Assembly (NCBI GenBank): GCA_963752475.1
Contig: CAVVYR010000006.1
Span: 352,001-416,000 of the forward strand
Source: an uncultured Chloroflexia bacterium
GTDB lineage: Bacteria > Chloroflexota > Limnocylindria > Limnocylindrales > CSP1-4
Length of the DNA stretch: 64,000 bases
Direction of reading: 5' to 3'
Each line of letters starts with the position of its first letter. Within the stretch, counting starts at the first letter, position 1. The position numbers and the translations under genes were made by a program. The notes below the pieces were generated by a model. The model made no database searches and was not told the DNA's origin. It saw only the letters and a program-made list of their open reading frames with translations. Of this stretch, positions 42,764-51,314 are shown in pieces.

Positions 42764-43609
42764 TTACACGCGAGGCTCATGAGGCTGCCGTGGATGAGGT
42801 TCCTGCCGATGCACGGTATCGGCGCGCATCGGCTGGGCCTCCTCTTCCTCCTCCTGCCGATGCACGGTATCGGCGCGCATCGGCTGGGCCTCCTCTTCCT
42901 CCTCCTGCCGATGCACGGTATCGGCGCGCATCGGCTGGGCCTCCTCTTCCTCCTCCTGCCGATGCACGGTATCGGCGCGCATCGGCTGGGCCTCCTCTTC
43001 CTCCTCCTGCCGATGCACGGTATCGGCGCGCATCGGCTGGGCCTCCTCTTCCTCCTCCTGCCGATGCACGGCACTCGTGCCGAGCCCGGACCCTGCTGCA
43101 CCTGCGTGGCTGGCCGAGTGAGCTGCCTGTGCTGCTTGCTGCTCGGCCGGGCTGTTGGGAGAGCTGACCCGTGTGGGGCGGGTCGTCCCGGACTCGGCAT
43201 GCTGCCTGACGTGCGTGAGTTCATGGCGCAGCATCGCCTGGCCCTCGGCTGAGCCCAGATGAGGGGCGTTGCCGGCCAGGAAGATATCTCGTCCGTAGGT
43301 GAAGGCGACCGCACCCAGCTCGCGACTCAACTGGGCCGCGGTGCCGTCGTCGTGGATACGCACATCTGCGCCGGCACTCGTAGACCGCGCTGTTCCCGCT
43401 GCCTCCGCGAGTGGTTTCCCGCTACCCAGCTCATTCTCGATCGTGTCGCTGGTCCTTGGGTCCAACAACTGACCCATGCCAGAGTTGCCGACCGTGCCTC
43501 GGACATCATCTACGGGCTCGTGATCCGCGCTCGTGCCGGGGTGTCGCTCCTGACGGGCCCTGTTGACGTGGTGCGGATCCGCGGCCATCCGCTCTCGGTC
43601 GTACGACAT
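42764..43609 (-). CDS. DUF4157 (eCIS core domain) protein with an acidic repeat tail
   Basis: G.PL, VRIHDD, A.AFTYGRDIF, LRHELTHVRQ, E.QA. Confidence 0.85.
   Translation of the reverse strand: MSYDRERMAADPHHVNRARQERHPGTSADHEPVDDVRGTVGNSGMGQLLDPRTSDTIENELGSGKPLAEAAGTARSTSAGADVRIHDDGTAAQLSRELGAVAFTYGRDIFLAGNAPHLGSAEGQAMLRHELTHVRQHAESGTTRPTRVSSPNSPAEQQAAQAAHSASHAGAAGSGLGTSAVHRQEEEEEAQPMRADTVHRQEEEEEAQPMRADTVHRQEEEEEAQPMRADTVHRQEEEEEAQPMRADTVHRQEEEEEAQPMRADTVHRQEPHPRQPHEPRV
42801..43071. repeat. Perfect 51-bp tandem repeat, about 5.3 copies (QEEEEEAQPMRADTVHR)
   Basis: Identical units starting 42801, 42852, 42903, 42954, 43005 and a partial one at 43056. Confidence 0.95.
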
Positions 43610-43891
43610 GGCCCGAGGGTGCGCTCTTCGGCGTGTCTTCGCTAGGTCCCCACAGGCCACGAGTCGTGCACGTCGATGTACCCGAAGGGGCAGATTCCGC
43701 TGGCTCGATATCAGGTGCAACGCGGGCACGACACCTTGCCGGATCGCCCATCGCCGGCTGGTGCCTTCGGCTTCGTCCGCCGTTGACGCCACGGCTCCCG
43801 TTGCCCAGAAGGGTGGACACGACAGGCCCCACGGACGACAATGTCCGCCTTGCTCAAGCACGCATGAGACGGCGATCGGAAGAGCAGGTCG

Positions 43892-46870
43892 ATGTCACGG
43901 GCAGCTCGCTCTCAGGAAAGGCGGCGGCCGCTTGACGCTGTCAGTCGACGGCTGTCGACACCACGCATCGAACTGATGCCGATCGAGAGGCTCACGGCCC
44001 GTCTCGCTGCGATATGGGAGCACAGGATCGGTATCGTCGTCGCACCACCCGGCAGTGGCAAGACGACGCTGCTGGCCATGTTCGCCGAGCGTGTCGCCGA
44101 TCCTGTGGCCTGGATCCGGTGCGACCGCTGGGATACGACCGAATCGGCGCTGGTCAGGCAGCTGGCGGACGCGCTCGAACCATGGATCGATGGGGCGGGC
44201 GACTGGACGGATGTGGACGATGCCACGGCGGGTCTCATCCGATGGGATCCCCGCCGAGCCCTCATCGTCATCGATGATTTGCACGCACTCGACGGCAGCC
44301 GCGCCGAGATGTGCCTAGAGCAACTGCTGGACCATCTGCCCGATGGGGTCCATCTGCTCGTTGCCTCGCGCACGCAGCCGGCATTCAATCTTTCGCGTCT
44401 CCGCCTGTCAGGCGATCTCCTCGAGATCGGCGCTGACGACCTGCGTCTCCGCACCTGGGAGGTAGAGCGGCTCTTCCGGGACCACTACCGCGAGCCGATG
44501 GCCCCCGAGGAGCTGGCTCGTCTGGCATGGTGGACACACGGCTGGGCGGCGGGACTCCAGCTGTTCCACCTGGCCACACGGGGCCGCCCCGCGGACGAAC
44601 GGCGACGTGTGCTCGGCTCGCTTGGTCCCCGTTCGCGCCTGGCACGCCAGTATCTCGCCCAGAACGCGCTCGACCGCGTACCTGACGCACTCAGATCCTT
44701 CATGGTGCACTCGTCCGTATCCAGCCGTCTGAGTGGTCGCATCTGTGACCGTCTACTTGGCCGGACCGGAAGTGCGCGAGTCCTTGACGAGCTCGAGCGT
44801 CGGAGTCTGTTCACGACCAGGATCGACGAGGCCGGCAACTACCGCTATCACGAGGTCTTCCGCTCACACCTCCAGGGCGTACTCATGAGCGAGGTCGGAG
44901 AAGATGGCGCTCGCGCACGGTTCATCTCGGCGGGCGACATCCTCATGGAGGAGGGGACCGCTGCCGAGGCGCTGGAAGCCTACGTCCGCGCCGAGGCCTG
45001 GGAGGTCGTCGGACGTATCCTCGCCGAGCAGGGGCCGGCGATCGCTGACGAACCGTTCGGCTGGCTCGGCGTGCGCGCCATGGAGCCGCTGGTCGACGAT
45101 CCCTGGTTGGCGCTTGCCGGCGCCCGACGGCTGCGGGCCGAGGGACGCTTCGGAGAAGCTGTGAAGGCCTTCGCGGTTCTGGCGGCCGACGTTCGGCAGA
45201 TCGAGGCTGCTGCCGCGGCGGGTCGGGAACGCGCCGAGCTGCTGACCTGGCTGCAACCAGGGTCCGGCCGTGAGCCAAGGCCGATGACGTTCTGGTGGGC
45301 CGCACTGCGCCGAGCCGTCGCGGGATCCACGATCGACGTCGCAGAAGTGGCCGATCGCGGCATCAACGGGCAGCTGATGGCAGCACTCTGCTCGATCGTG
45401 GATGGCGACCTGGCAGCGGCAGATCGCCGATTGATGGCCCTCGAGAAGGTCGCCGATGCCGAAGGTGTTGCGCCTTGCATCGGGGCCATGGCGCGTGGGG
45501 CCATCGCCCTGCTGGGAGGCGACGAGGAAGGGATCATCGGCATCAACGGCGCCATCGGCGCTGCCGAGGGTCAGGGCTTCGACTGGGTCGCACGTGTGGG
45601 CAGCGCGCTGCTGGCTCTCAGTGGCAGGCTCGACTATCTCCATGAAGCAGCCCGCCTGGAGGACGCGGCTCGCACTCTTGGCGATCCATGGGGTGCGGCA
45701 CTCGCATGCATCGGACGTGCCTGGGGAGCGTTGGTCGCCGCTTGCGGCTCCGGGCCAGTGAGTGAGCAATTCGAGCCTGTGGACCTCGCAGAGTCGGCGA
45801 GGCGGCAGTTCCGGGCACTGGAAGCGCCTGTGCTGGAGGCGTGGTCTGCATCGATCGCCGCCGTTGGCCGAGCCGTCACCGGCATGGACGGTCGAGCCGA
45901 GGCGACGGCTGCCGAGGCGTTCGCGAGCGCCATCGGCGCCCATGTGCCGGGGCTCCTGGCTCGCACCGCACTCGCGCAAGAGCGTGGCGATGGCCACGAG
46001 ACGCGGAGGTTGGTCGGCCAGCTGCAGCGCTGCGGTTGGCGAGTACCGCTGCCCGATGCGTCGACGGTTGCGCTGCCAACCGTCCACGTCGAGCGAGAAG
46101 CCATGGCGGTGAGGTCTGCCGCTGCTGCGCCTGTGCCACCGGCTAGATTGCGTCTGTTCGGCGCCTTCCATCTGGAGATCGGAGGCGAGGCAATCGACAG
46201 CCAGGCTATCCGGTCGCGCGTGCGAGCGTTGCTCTACCTCCTGGCGCTGCATGCCGACAGGCCAGTACATCGCGAAACCATCATGGAGACGTTGTGGCCG
46301 GAGTCTGAGCCGACTGCAGCCGCTAGGAGCCTGTATGTCGCAGTGGCGACCCTGCGTCGTGTCCTCGAACCTACCGCCTCGCGTCGTGGCTTCCGGTTCG
46401 TCCCTCACGAGGGCGACGGCTACCGGCTGGCGCTGCCAGCCGGCTCGCTCGTCGACACGATAGCGTTCGAAGAGGCATCAGCCGCAGCGCATGCCGCCCA
46501 TGATCGTGGACGGCCAGACGACGTCATGCGTTGGTGCCGCGTGGCGCTCGAGCACAATCGCGGCGAACTCATCCCTGAGGCCGGGCCGGCAGATTGGATC
46601 GATGGCCCGCGCGAGTCGTACCGTCTCGAGGCGGTCGAGCTGGCCACGATGCTGGCGGATACCCTCAGTCGGGAGGGGAGCTACCAAGCGGCCGTGACCG
46701 CCTGTCTCCAGGGACTCGATCACGACCGGTTCCACGATCCTCTGTGGCGGATCCTCATCGAAGCGCGCGAAGCCGACGGCGACCCTGCTGCAGCAGACGC
46801 TGCGCGCTCGAGATACCGAAGAGCTCTCGCCGATCTAGGCCTCGTAGCCGCCGAGGGCAGCTCCGCCTAG
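43892..46870 (+). CDS. MalT-like ATPase + C-terminal wHTH-BTAD transcriptional regulator
   Basis: APPGSGKTT, IDDLH, T.GWAAGL, YRYH; C-terminal LRLFG.F, RE...E.LWP, LRR.LEP, BTAD helices. Confidence 0.88.
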   Translation: MSRAARSQERRRPLDAVSRRLSTPRIELMPIERLTARLAAIWEHRIGIVVAPPGSGKTTLLAMFAERVADPVAWIRCDRWDTTESALVRQLADALEPWIDGAGDWTDVDDATAGLIRWDPRRALIVIDDLHALDGSRAEMCLEQLLDHLPDGVHLLVASRTQPAFNLSRLRLSGDLLEIGADDLRLRTWEVERLFRDHYREPMAPEELARLAWWTHGWAAGLQLFHLATRGRPADERRRVLGSLGPRSRLARQYLAQNALDRVPDALRSFMVHSSVSSRLSGRICDRLLGRTGSARVLDELERRSLFTTRIDEAGNYRYHEVFRSHLQGVLMSEVGEDGARARFISAGDILMEEGTAAEALEAYVRAEAWEVVGRILAEQGPAIADEPFGWLGVRAMEPLVDDPWLALAGARRLRAEGRFGEAVKAFAVLAADVRQIEAAAAAGRERAELLTWLQPGSGREPRPMTFWWAALRRAVAGSTIDVAEVADRGINGQLMAALCSIVDGDLAAADRRLMALEKVADAEGVAPCIGAMARGAIALLGGDEEGIIGINGAIGAAEGQGFDWVARVGSALLALSGRLDYLHEAARLEDAARTLGDPWGAALACIGRAWGALVAACGSGPVSEQFEPVDLAESARRQFRALEAPVLEAWSASIAAVGRAVTGMDGRAEATAAEAFASAIGAHVPGLLARTALAQERGDGHETRRLVGQLQRCGWRVPLPDASTVALPTVHVEREAMAVRSAAAAPVPPARLRLFGAFHLEIGGEAIDSQAIRSRVRALLYLLALHADRPVHRETIMETLWPESEPTAAARSLYVAVATLRRVLEPTASRRGFRFVPHEGDGYRLALPAGSLVDTIAFEEASAAAHAAHDRGRPDDVMRWCRVALEHNRGELIPEAGPADWIDGPRESYRLEAVELATMLADTLSREGSYQAAVTACLQGLDHDRFHDPLWRILIEAREADGDPAAADAARSRYRRALADLGLVAAEGSSA

Positions 46871-47919
46871 TCGGCCCCCTCGAAGAACTTGACCTCGCGT
46901 ATGGCGATCTCGTCGTCGCTGTCGGTGCCGCGGTAGCGCGAGAGCACGATCAGCCTCAGTGACTTCACCCCCGGCAGATCGATGTCGACTGGCTGCTGGT
47001 CGGGCGTGTCCCTTAGCTCGTAGACGGAGCTTGTCTCGTCGTTGGCCTTGAGCCGGAACCGGAACGGCCTGCCAAGCCGCTCGTACGCTGCGCCATCAGC
47101 GCCGCTGTCGAAGTTGACCTGGAGCAGGTCGGCCGGCCGTTGGAACTCGAAGTCGACGACCCAACGGTCGTTCCGGTTCCGCGATCCGACCCAGTAGCTG
47201 TTCCCGCTGCCATCGATGAGGTTGGTCGCTGGGAACTCGGGGTGCGCCTGGCCCTGCGCGGCGATGGCTCGGACCTCCTCGGGCCGCAGGAAGCGTCGCT
47301 GCACAGTGCGCACCGTGTCATCCACAGCATCGCTGACGCCGGGCATGTAGAGGTAGGAGGCGATACCGCCGAGGCCGATGACACCCAGGAGTCCAAAGAC
47401 CATCATCGTGGACCCTGGTCGCCAACGCGCACCAGCAGTGAGCATCGTATCCGGTCGCTGGCCGGCCATGTAGGCTTCCTGCCTGCCGCGATGCACAATC
47501 CCCGGAAGCCACGACCGACGGCGCTTCGACTCAGTTGGAGGCGGTGGCGCCTCGGTCGCAGCGTCGTCCATCACTGTGCCGCAGCGGCGGCAGAACTTGC
47601 GGTCACGGTCATTGCCTGTTCCGCAGGCCGCACACACGAACTGGCCCGGTTCCGGCCTCTCCGGAGCGCTCGGCGGCTGTGGCTTGGCCTTGCGCACCGA
47701 GGTCGTCTCGCCCTTCGCCGGCTTGCGCGCCTGGGGTCCGGTCTCAGGAGTCTCGGAGGGCGGCAGGTCGCTTCTCGCCGGGGCCTCGTCCGCCTCGGTT
47801 CCCGTCTGCTCGACGTCCTGCTCCACGTGTGCGCCGCTCCACTCCAGGAAAGCGTCGCACTGGCTGCAGAAGCTGGCACCGGCCCCGTTGAGGGTCCCGC
47901 ACTTCTCACATCGGATCAT
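46867..47919 (-). CDS. Zn-ribbon/TM/discoidin-like protein (CisA-like membrane adaptor)
   Basis: Two C..CG..N.....FC..C ribbons, one TM helix, C-terminal NLIDG...YW beta-sandwich; lies after the baseplate genes. Confidence 0.7.
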   Translation of the reverse strand: MIRCEKCGTLNGAGASFCSQCDAFLEWSGAHVEQDVEQTGTEADEAPARSDLPPSETPETGPQARKPAKGETTSVRKAKPQPPSAPERPEPGQFVCAACGTGNDRDRKFCRRCGTVMDDAATEAPPPPTESKRRRSWLPGIVHRGRQEAYMAGQRPDTMLTAGARWRPGSTMMVFGLLGVIGLGGIASYLYMPGVSDAVDDTVRTVQRRFLRPEEVRAIAAQGQAHPEFPATNLIDGSGNSYWVGSRNRNDRWVVDFEFQRPADLLQVNFDSGADGAAYERLGRPFRFRLKANDETSSVYELRDTPDQQPVDIDLPGVKSLRLIVLSRYRGTDSDDEIAIREVKFFEGAD

Positions 47920-48010
47920 GGGCTCGCGTCCACGGTGACCTCCCGGCATCGACAGGCCAGATGGTAGCGCTCCGCTCCATGGCCATCGAGTCAAGTGCCC
48001 GCAGCAGGGT

Positions 48011-48562
48011 CTACTCCCCGCCCACGGCCGTGGCGACACGGACTCGGTGGACGACGTGCGCCGGCTTGGCCGCAGCCACGAGTGCGTCCAATCGCTCCAC
48101 GTCGATCGGGGCGTCGGTGCCGCGCACCCGCACCTCGATCCGGTACCCTGGGCGACCGGGCAAGTCCTCGCCGTTACGGTTCGACCAGGACACGCCACCG
48201 GTCTCGAGGATCTCGACATCGCCGCCGGTGAAGATCCGCACGTGCGCTGACAAGCCCGCCGCTGTGCCGCGGAGCCGGTAGAGCTCAGCGGCATTGGCCA
48301 CGAACTCACGCCTTCGCTCGATGGGCCAGTTCTCGTCGAGTAGCACGCCCACCCAGCCGGCGAGCCAGTCGAGGAAGTCGTCAGGTGTCAGCGAGGGATC
48401 AAGGTAGGCGGGTAGGTTGTCGAGCGCCAGGAACACAGGGACCAGGGTCTCGTCGATAGCCGACAGCCAGCGCCTCGTGAGGTCGTCCTCCTGGTAGAGG
48501 CCGGGCATCCCCTCGATGAGCGGATGAGGACTGCGAATGGCCCCCAGCGTGCCCCTTCTCAT
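48011..48562 (-). CDS. CIS baseplate wedge protein (P2 gpI-like tail protein)
   Basis: YLDP..TP.DFL.WLA.W, LYR.RGT..GL, KPAH. Confidence 0.9.
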   Translation of the reverse strand: MRRGTLGAIRSPHPLIEGMPGLYQEDDLTRRWLSAIDETLVPVFLALDNLPAYLDPSLTPDDFLDWLAGWVGVLLDENWPIERRREFVANAAELYRLRGTAAGLSAHVRIFTGGDVEILETGGVSWSNRNGEDLPGRPGYRIEVRVRGTDAPIDVERLDALVAAAKPAHVVHRVRVATAVGGE

Positions 48563-50508
48563 GGGCCCACCGCCACGACTTGGTGCTCGTAGCTGAAGAC
48601 GAGAGCGTGCGGCTCGACCTCGAGGCGGTCCGTCGCCTTGCCGCGTTCACCGGTGATGGGATCCGCACCGAAGACCTTCACCTCTTCCACCAGCTCGACC
48701 CCGCGCACGCGGCCGAGCACGGCGAAGACCTCACCCGCCAGCACCGGCCGACCGAACGGCCAGCCCTCACCGTCAGGTCCACCGAGGGTGGGGTGGAAGT
48801 AGCGGAAGAGGGCCTCGGTGGCGGCGTCCTGGAGCCGCTCTGGATCGAAGAGGCTACGGGCCCGCAGGCGGCCCACGACCGTCACGCCGCGGTAGACCGG
48901 AGGTTCGACGGCGATGCGTGTGCCCAGTAGTCGGCTTTCGTCGAGCCGGCGCGCCACGCGTTGCAGGGTGGCTTCGCTCGGCAACAGCGCGTCGAACCGA
49001 ACCTCGCTCTCAGACGCGATCGAAGGCACGACCAGAACACGCACACCGCCTGCATCAGTGCCATCACCGGCCACGACGCAGTGGACTCGCGCGAGCTCGG
49101 GCGCAGCCTCGCGGGCCAGGTGTTCGAAGTCCTCGGCTGTGACCGCTCGGTCGCGTGTGCGCAGCAGCACCGGTCCCCGGACCTTGGCGTCTTCGATGTC
49201 CTCGCCGTCCACGCCACCGCGGGCCGCTCGGCGGTTCTCGATGCGAGCGACGTAGGGGATCGACGACTTGAGCACGCTGATGGCCCGGGCGGTGACGTTG
49301 CCACGTACTCCACCGCCGGTACGGTACAGGGGCACCCTCACGGTCGAGCCCGCGGCCGGTACGGCACCGTGCTGTTGGATCGCGCCGTCGGCCATGCGCA
49401 CTGCCGGTCCGAATTGGATCTCGGCGCTCACCGCATCGAGCAAGACGTGGCGGTCCTGCGGGCCGCTGCCGGCGAAGCTGTGGGCCTCGGGCTGGGTCCA
49501 TGACTGCCAGCCCTCGTCGGAGGAGACCTCCACCTTGAAGGGCTCGTCGGAGGGGATCACTGGACTGTGCAGGAGTGTGAAGGTGTTGCCGGGCGCGCCA
49601 TCGGCGGTGCCCACGACCTCATTGGCCACACGTTCGGAGTTGCCGGCCGCAACGGTGCCTCCGATGGTGAAGGCACTGATGCTGTGGATTTCCGGGCTCG
49701 CGCTGTAGACGGGCTGGTTCTCGACCGGTGGCACGACACGGGCGCGGACCCAACCGGCGTGCCGGCCGTCGATGACCGAGGCCTCGTGTCCATCCGGCAC
49801 GTGCAAGGTGATGTCGCCGTCGCGGTTGAGCCCGCCGGTACCGTCGCTCTCGACCTCGCAGACCGTCCAGGTCTCGCCGACCCACGCCTCCCACACTAGG
49901 GGAGGGAAGTCGGGATCGACGCCCACGCCCTCGATGCGGCAGGACAGTCGCACGCAGACCGCGCACGAAGGCACGGCCTTGTCGAGCCCGACGTAGAGCG
50001 CGTCGCCGGGTTTGGGCACCTCGTCGAAGCAATAGAAGCTGTTGCCCAGCGCCAGTGCATCGTCATGCGTCCGGTAGCCGTCGTCGCTGACGCTCGACAG
50101 CGCGTGGTCGTACTCGCAGGGCAGGATCTCCAGCTCGCGAGTCGTCTCGAAGACGATGGCCGGATCGTGGGCCGAGCGCGGTGTGGCCACCTGCGTGCCC
50201 GCGGTCACGGATACGGTGTCGGATTGTGGTGCAGAGAGCCAGAAGGTGACCTCCGTCCGTGCTTCCGCCGGCGGGAAGAGCTTCACGCCGATGAGCTCGA
50301 GGAACTTGACGTAGTTGCGCTCCGGCACGCGGTTGAGCCGGTAGAGCAGTTGGTCGGTCATCCACGCGAAGGTCTCGATGAGCGTGACTCCGGGATCTGA
50401 GACGTTGTGGTCCGTCCACTCCGGGCAGCGTTGCTGGACCAGGCGTTTGGCGTCGTCGACCAAGTCCTGGAAGCGGCGATCGTCGAGGTTCGGCGCCTGC
50501 AAGGACAT
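48559..50508 (-). CDS. CIS baseplate J-like assembly protein
   Basis: PNLDDRRFQDLVD, WTDHNVSDPG.TL.E, RAVT.EDFE, GWPFGR. Confidence 0.95.
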   Translation of the reverse strand: MSLQAPNLDDRRFQDLVDDAKRLVQQRCPEWTDHNVSDPGVTLIETFAWMTDQLLYRLNRVPERNYVKFLELIGVKLFPPAEARTEVTFWLSAPQSDTVSVTAGTQVATPRSAHDPAIVFETTRELEILPCEYDHALSSVSDDGYRTHDDALALGNSFYCFDEVPKPGDALYVGLDKAVPSCAVCVRLSCRIEGVGVDPDFPPLVWEAWVGETWTVCEVESDGTGGLNRDGDITLHVPDGHEASVIDGRHAGWVRARVVPPVENQPVYSASPEIHSISAFTIGGTVAAGNSERVANEVVGTADGAPGNTFTLLHSPVIPSDEPFKVEVSSDEGWQSWTQPEAHSFAGSGPQDRHVLLDAVSAEIQFGPAVRMADGAIQQHGAVPAAGSTVRVPLYRTGGGVRGNVTARAISVLKSSIPYVARIENRRAARGGVDGEDIEDAKVRGPVLLRTRDRAVTAEDFEHLAREAAPELARVHCVVAGDGTDAGGVRVLVVPSIASESEVRFDALLPSEATLQRVARRLDESRLLGTRIAVEPPVYRGVTVVGRLRARSLFDPERLQDAATEALFRYFHPTLGGPDGEGWPFGRPVLAGEVFAVLGRVRGVELVEEVKVFGADPITGERGKATDRLEVEPHALVFSYEHQVVAVGP

Positions 50509-50509
50509 C

Positions 50510-50914
50510 TCAATCCTCCTCGGGGATCACGTAGAACGGGAAGACCAGGTTGCGGGGATCATTGCTGGCCTTGATCGAGTAGCGGATGTCGATGTAGAGC
50601 AGGCTGTGGTCGACATCGTCGATGGTCACGTCCACGTCCTGCACGTCGACACGCGGCTCCCAGCGCTTGAGCGAGCGGCGCACCTCGAAGCCCATCTGGG
50701 CAGCAGTGCTGGCGTCGGCTCCGGCATACACGAAGTCGTGGATGGCACAGCCGAACTCCGGGCGCATCGGCCGCTCGCCGTAGGCGGTGCCGAGGATGAG
50801 ACGGATGGATTCCTCGACCTCGCGCTCCTGTCCCACCAGGGCGATGTCCCCGCTCGCGCCGGCACGCAGGGGGAAGGCCCACCCGCGGCCGACGAACTCA
50901 CGTGCGTTGGTCAT
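50510..50914 (-). CDS. GPW/gp25-family baseplate protein
   Basis: G.GWAFP, GERPMRPEFGC, WEPRV, NLVFPFY. Confidence 0.95.
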   Translation of the reverse strand: MTNAREFVGRGWAFPLRAGASGDIALVGQEREVEESIRLILGTAYGERPMRPEFGCAIHDFVYAGADASTAAQMGFEVRRSLKRWEPRVDVQDVDVTIDDVDHSLLYIDIRYSIKASNDPRNLVFPFYVIPEED

Positions 50915-50917
50915 GAC

Positions 50918-51304
50918 CTAGCCCACCAGTACCGTGGATTGGCTCGGCACGAGCGCACCCGGTGTCGCGCAGCAGGTGACCCTGGCCGATGTGTTGACCG
51001 CCGGTTTGCCCCCGAAGAGCACCGTGGGCGATCCACTGACGACACGGCCGACCTGCATCGGCGGGGCCATGAACGGGTCGCTCGCATGCAACCCGACGTG
51101 GGGTGGGGTGTTCATGCCCGACGAGCCGACCACTGCGGTCGGTTTGCCGCCGATGAGCACAGTCGTCTCGAGGCCCTGGAGCAATGGCGCGGAGAAGGGC
51201 ATGGGCGGGGCCGGTTGCGGCACGCCGCTGGCGGGGTTGGGGATCTGGTGGATGGCGCAGGTGCCGGTGATACGGTCGCTCATGACGATGGCGGGTGATC
51301 CCAT
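50918..51304 (-). CDS. PAAR-like spike tip protein
   Basis: Repeated TVLIGGKP, GSPTVL.GGKPA; C/H Zn ligands. Confidence 0.88.
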   Translation of the reverse strand: MGSPAIVMSDRITGTCAIHQIPNPASGVPQPAPPMPFSAPLLQGLETTVLIGGKPTAVVGSSGMNTPPHVGLHASDPFMAPPMQVGRVVSGSPTVLFGGKPAVNTSARVTCCATPGALVPSQSTVLVG

Positions 51305-51314
51305 GGCCGGCTCC

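Noticed and set aside
42801-43071. Possible CRISPR array
   Set aside because: Units are contiguous and identical with no spacers, are 51 bp and in frame within a CDS, and no cas genes are present.
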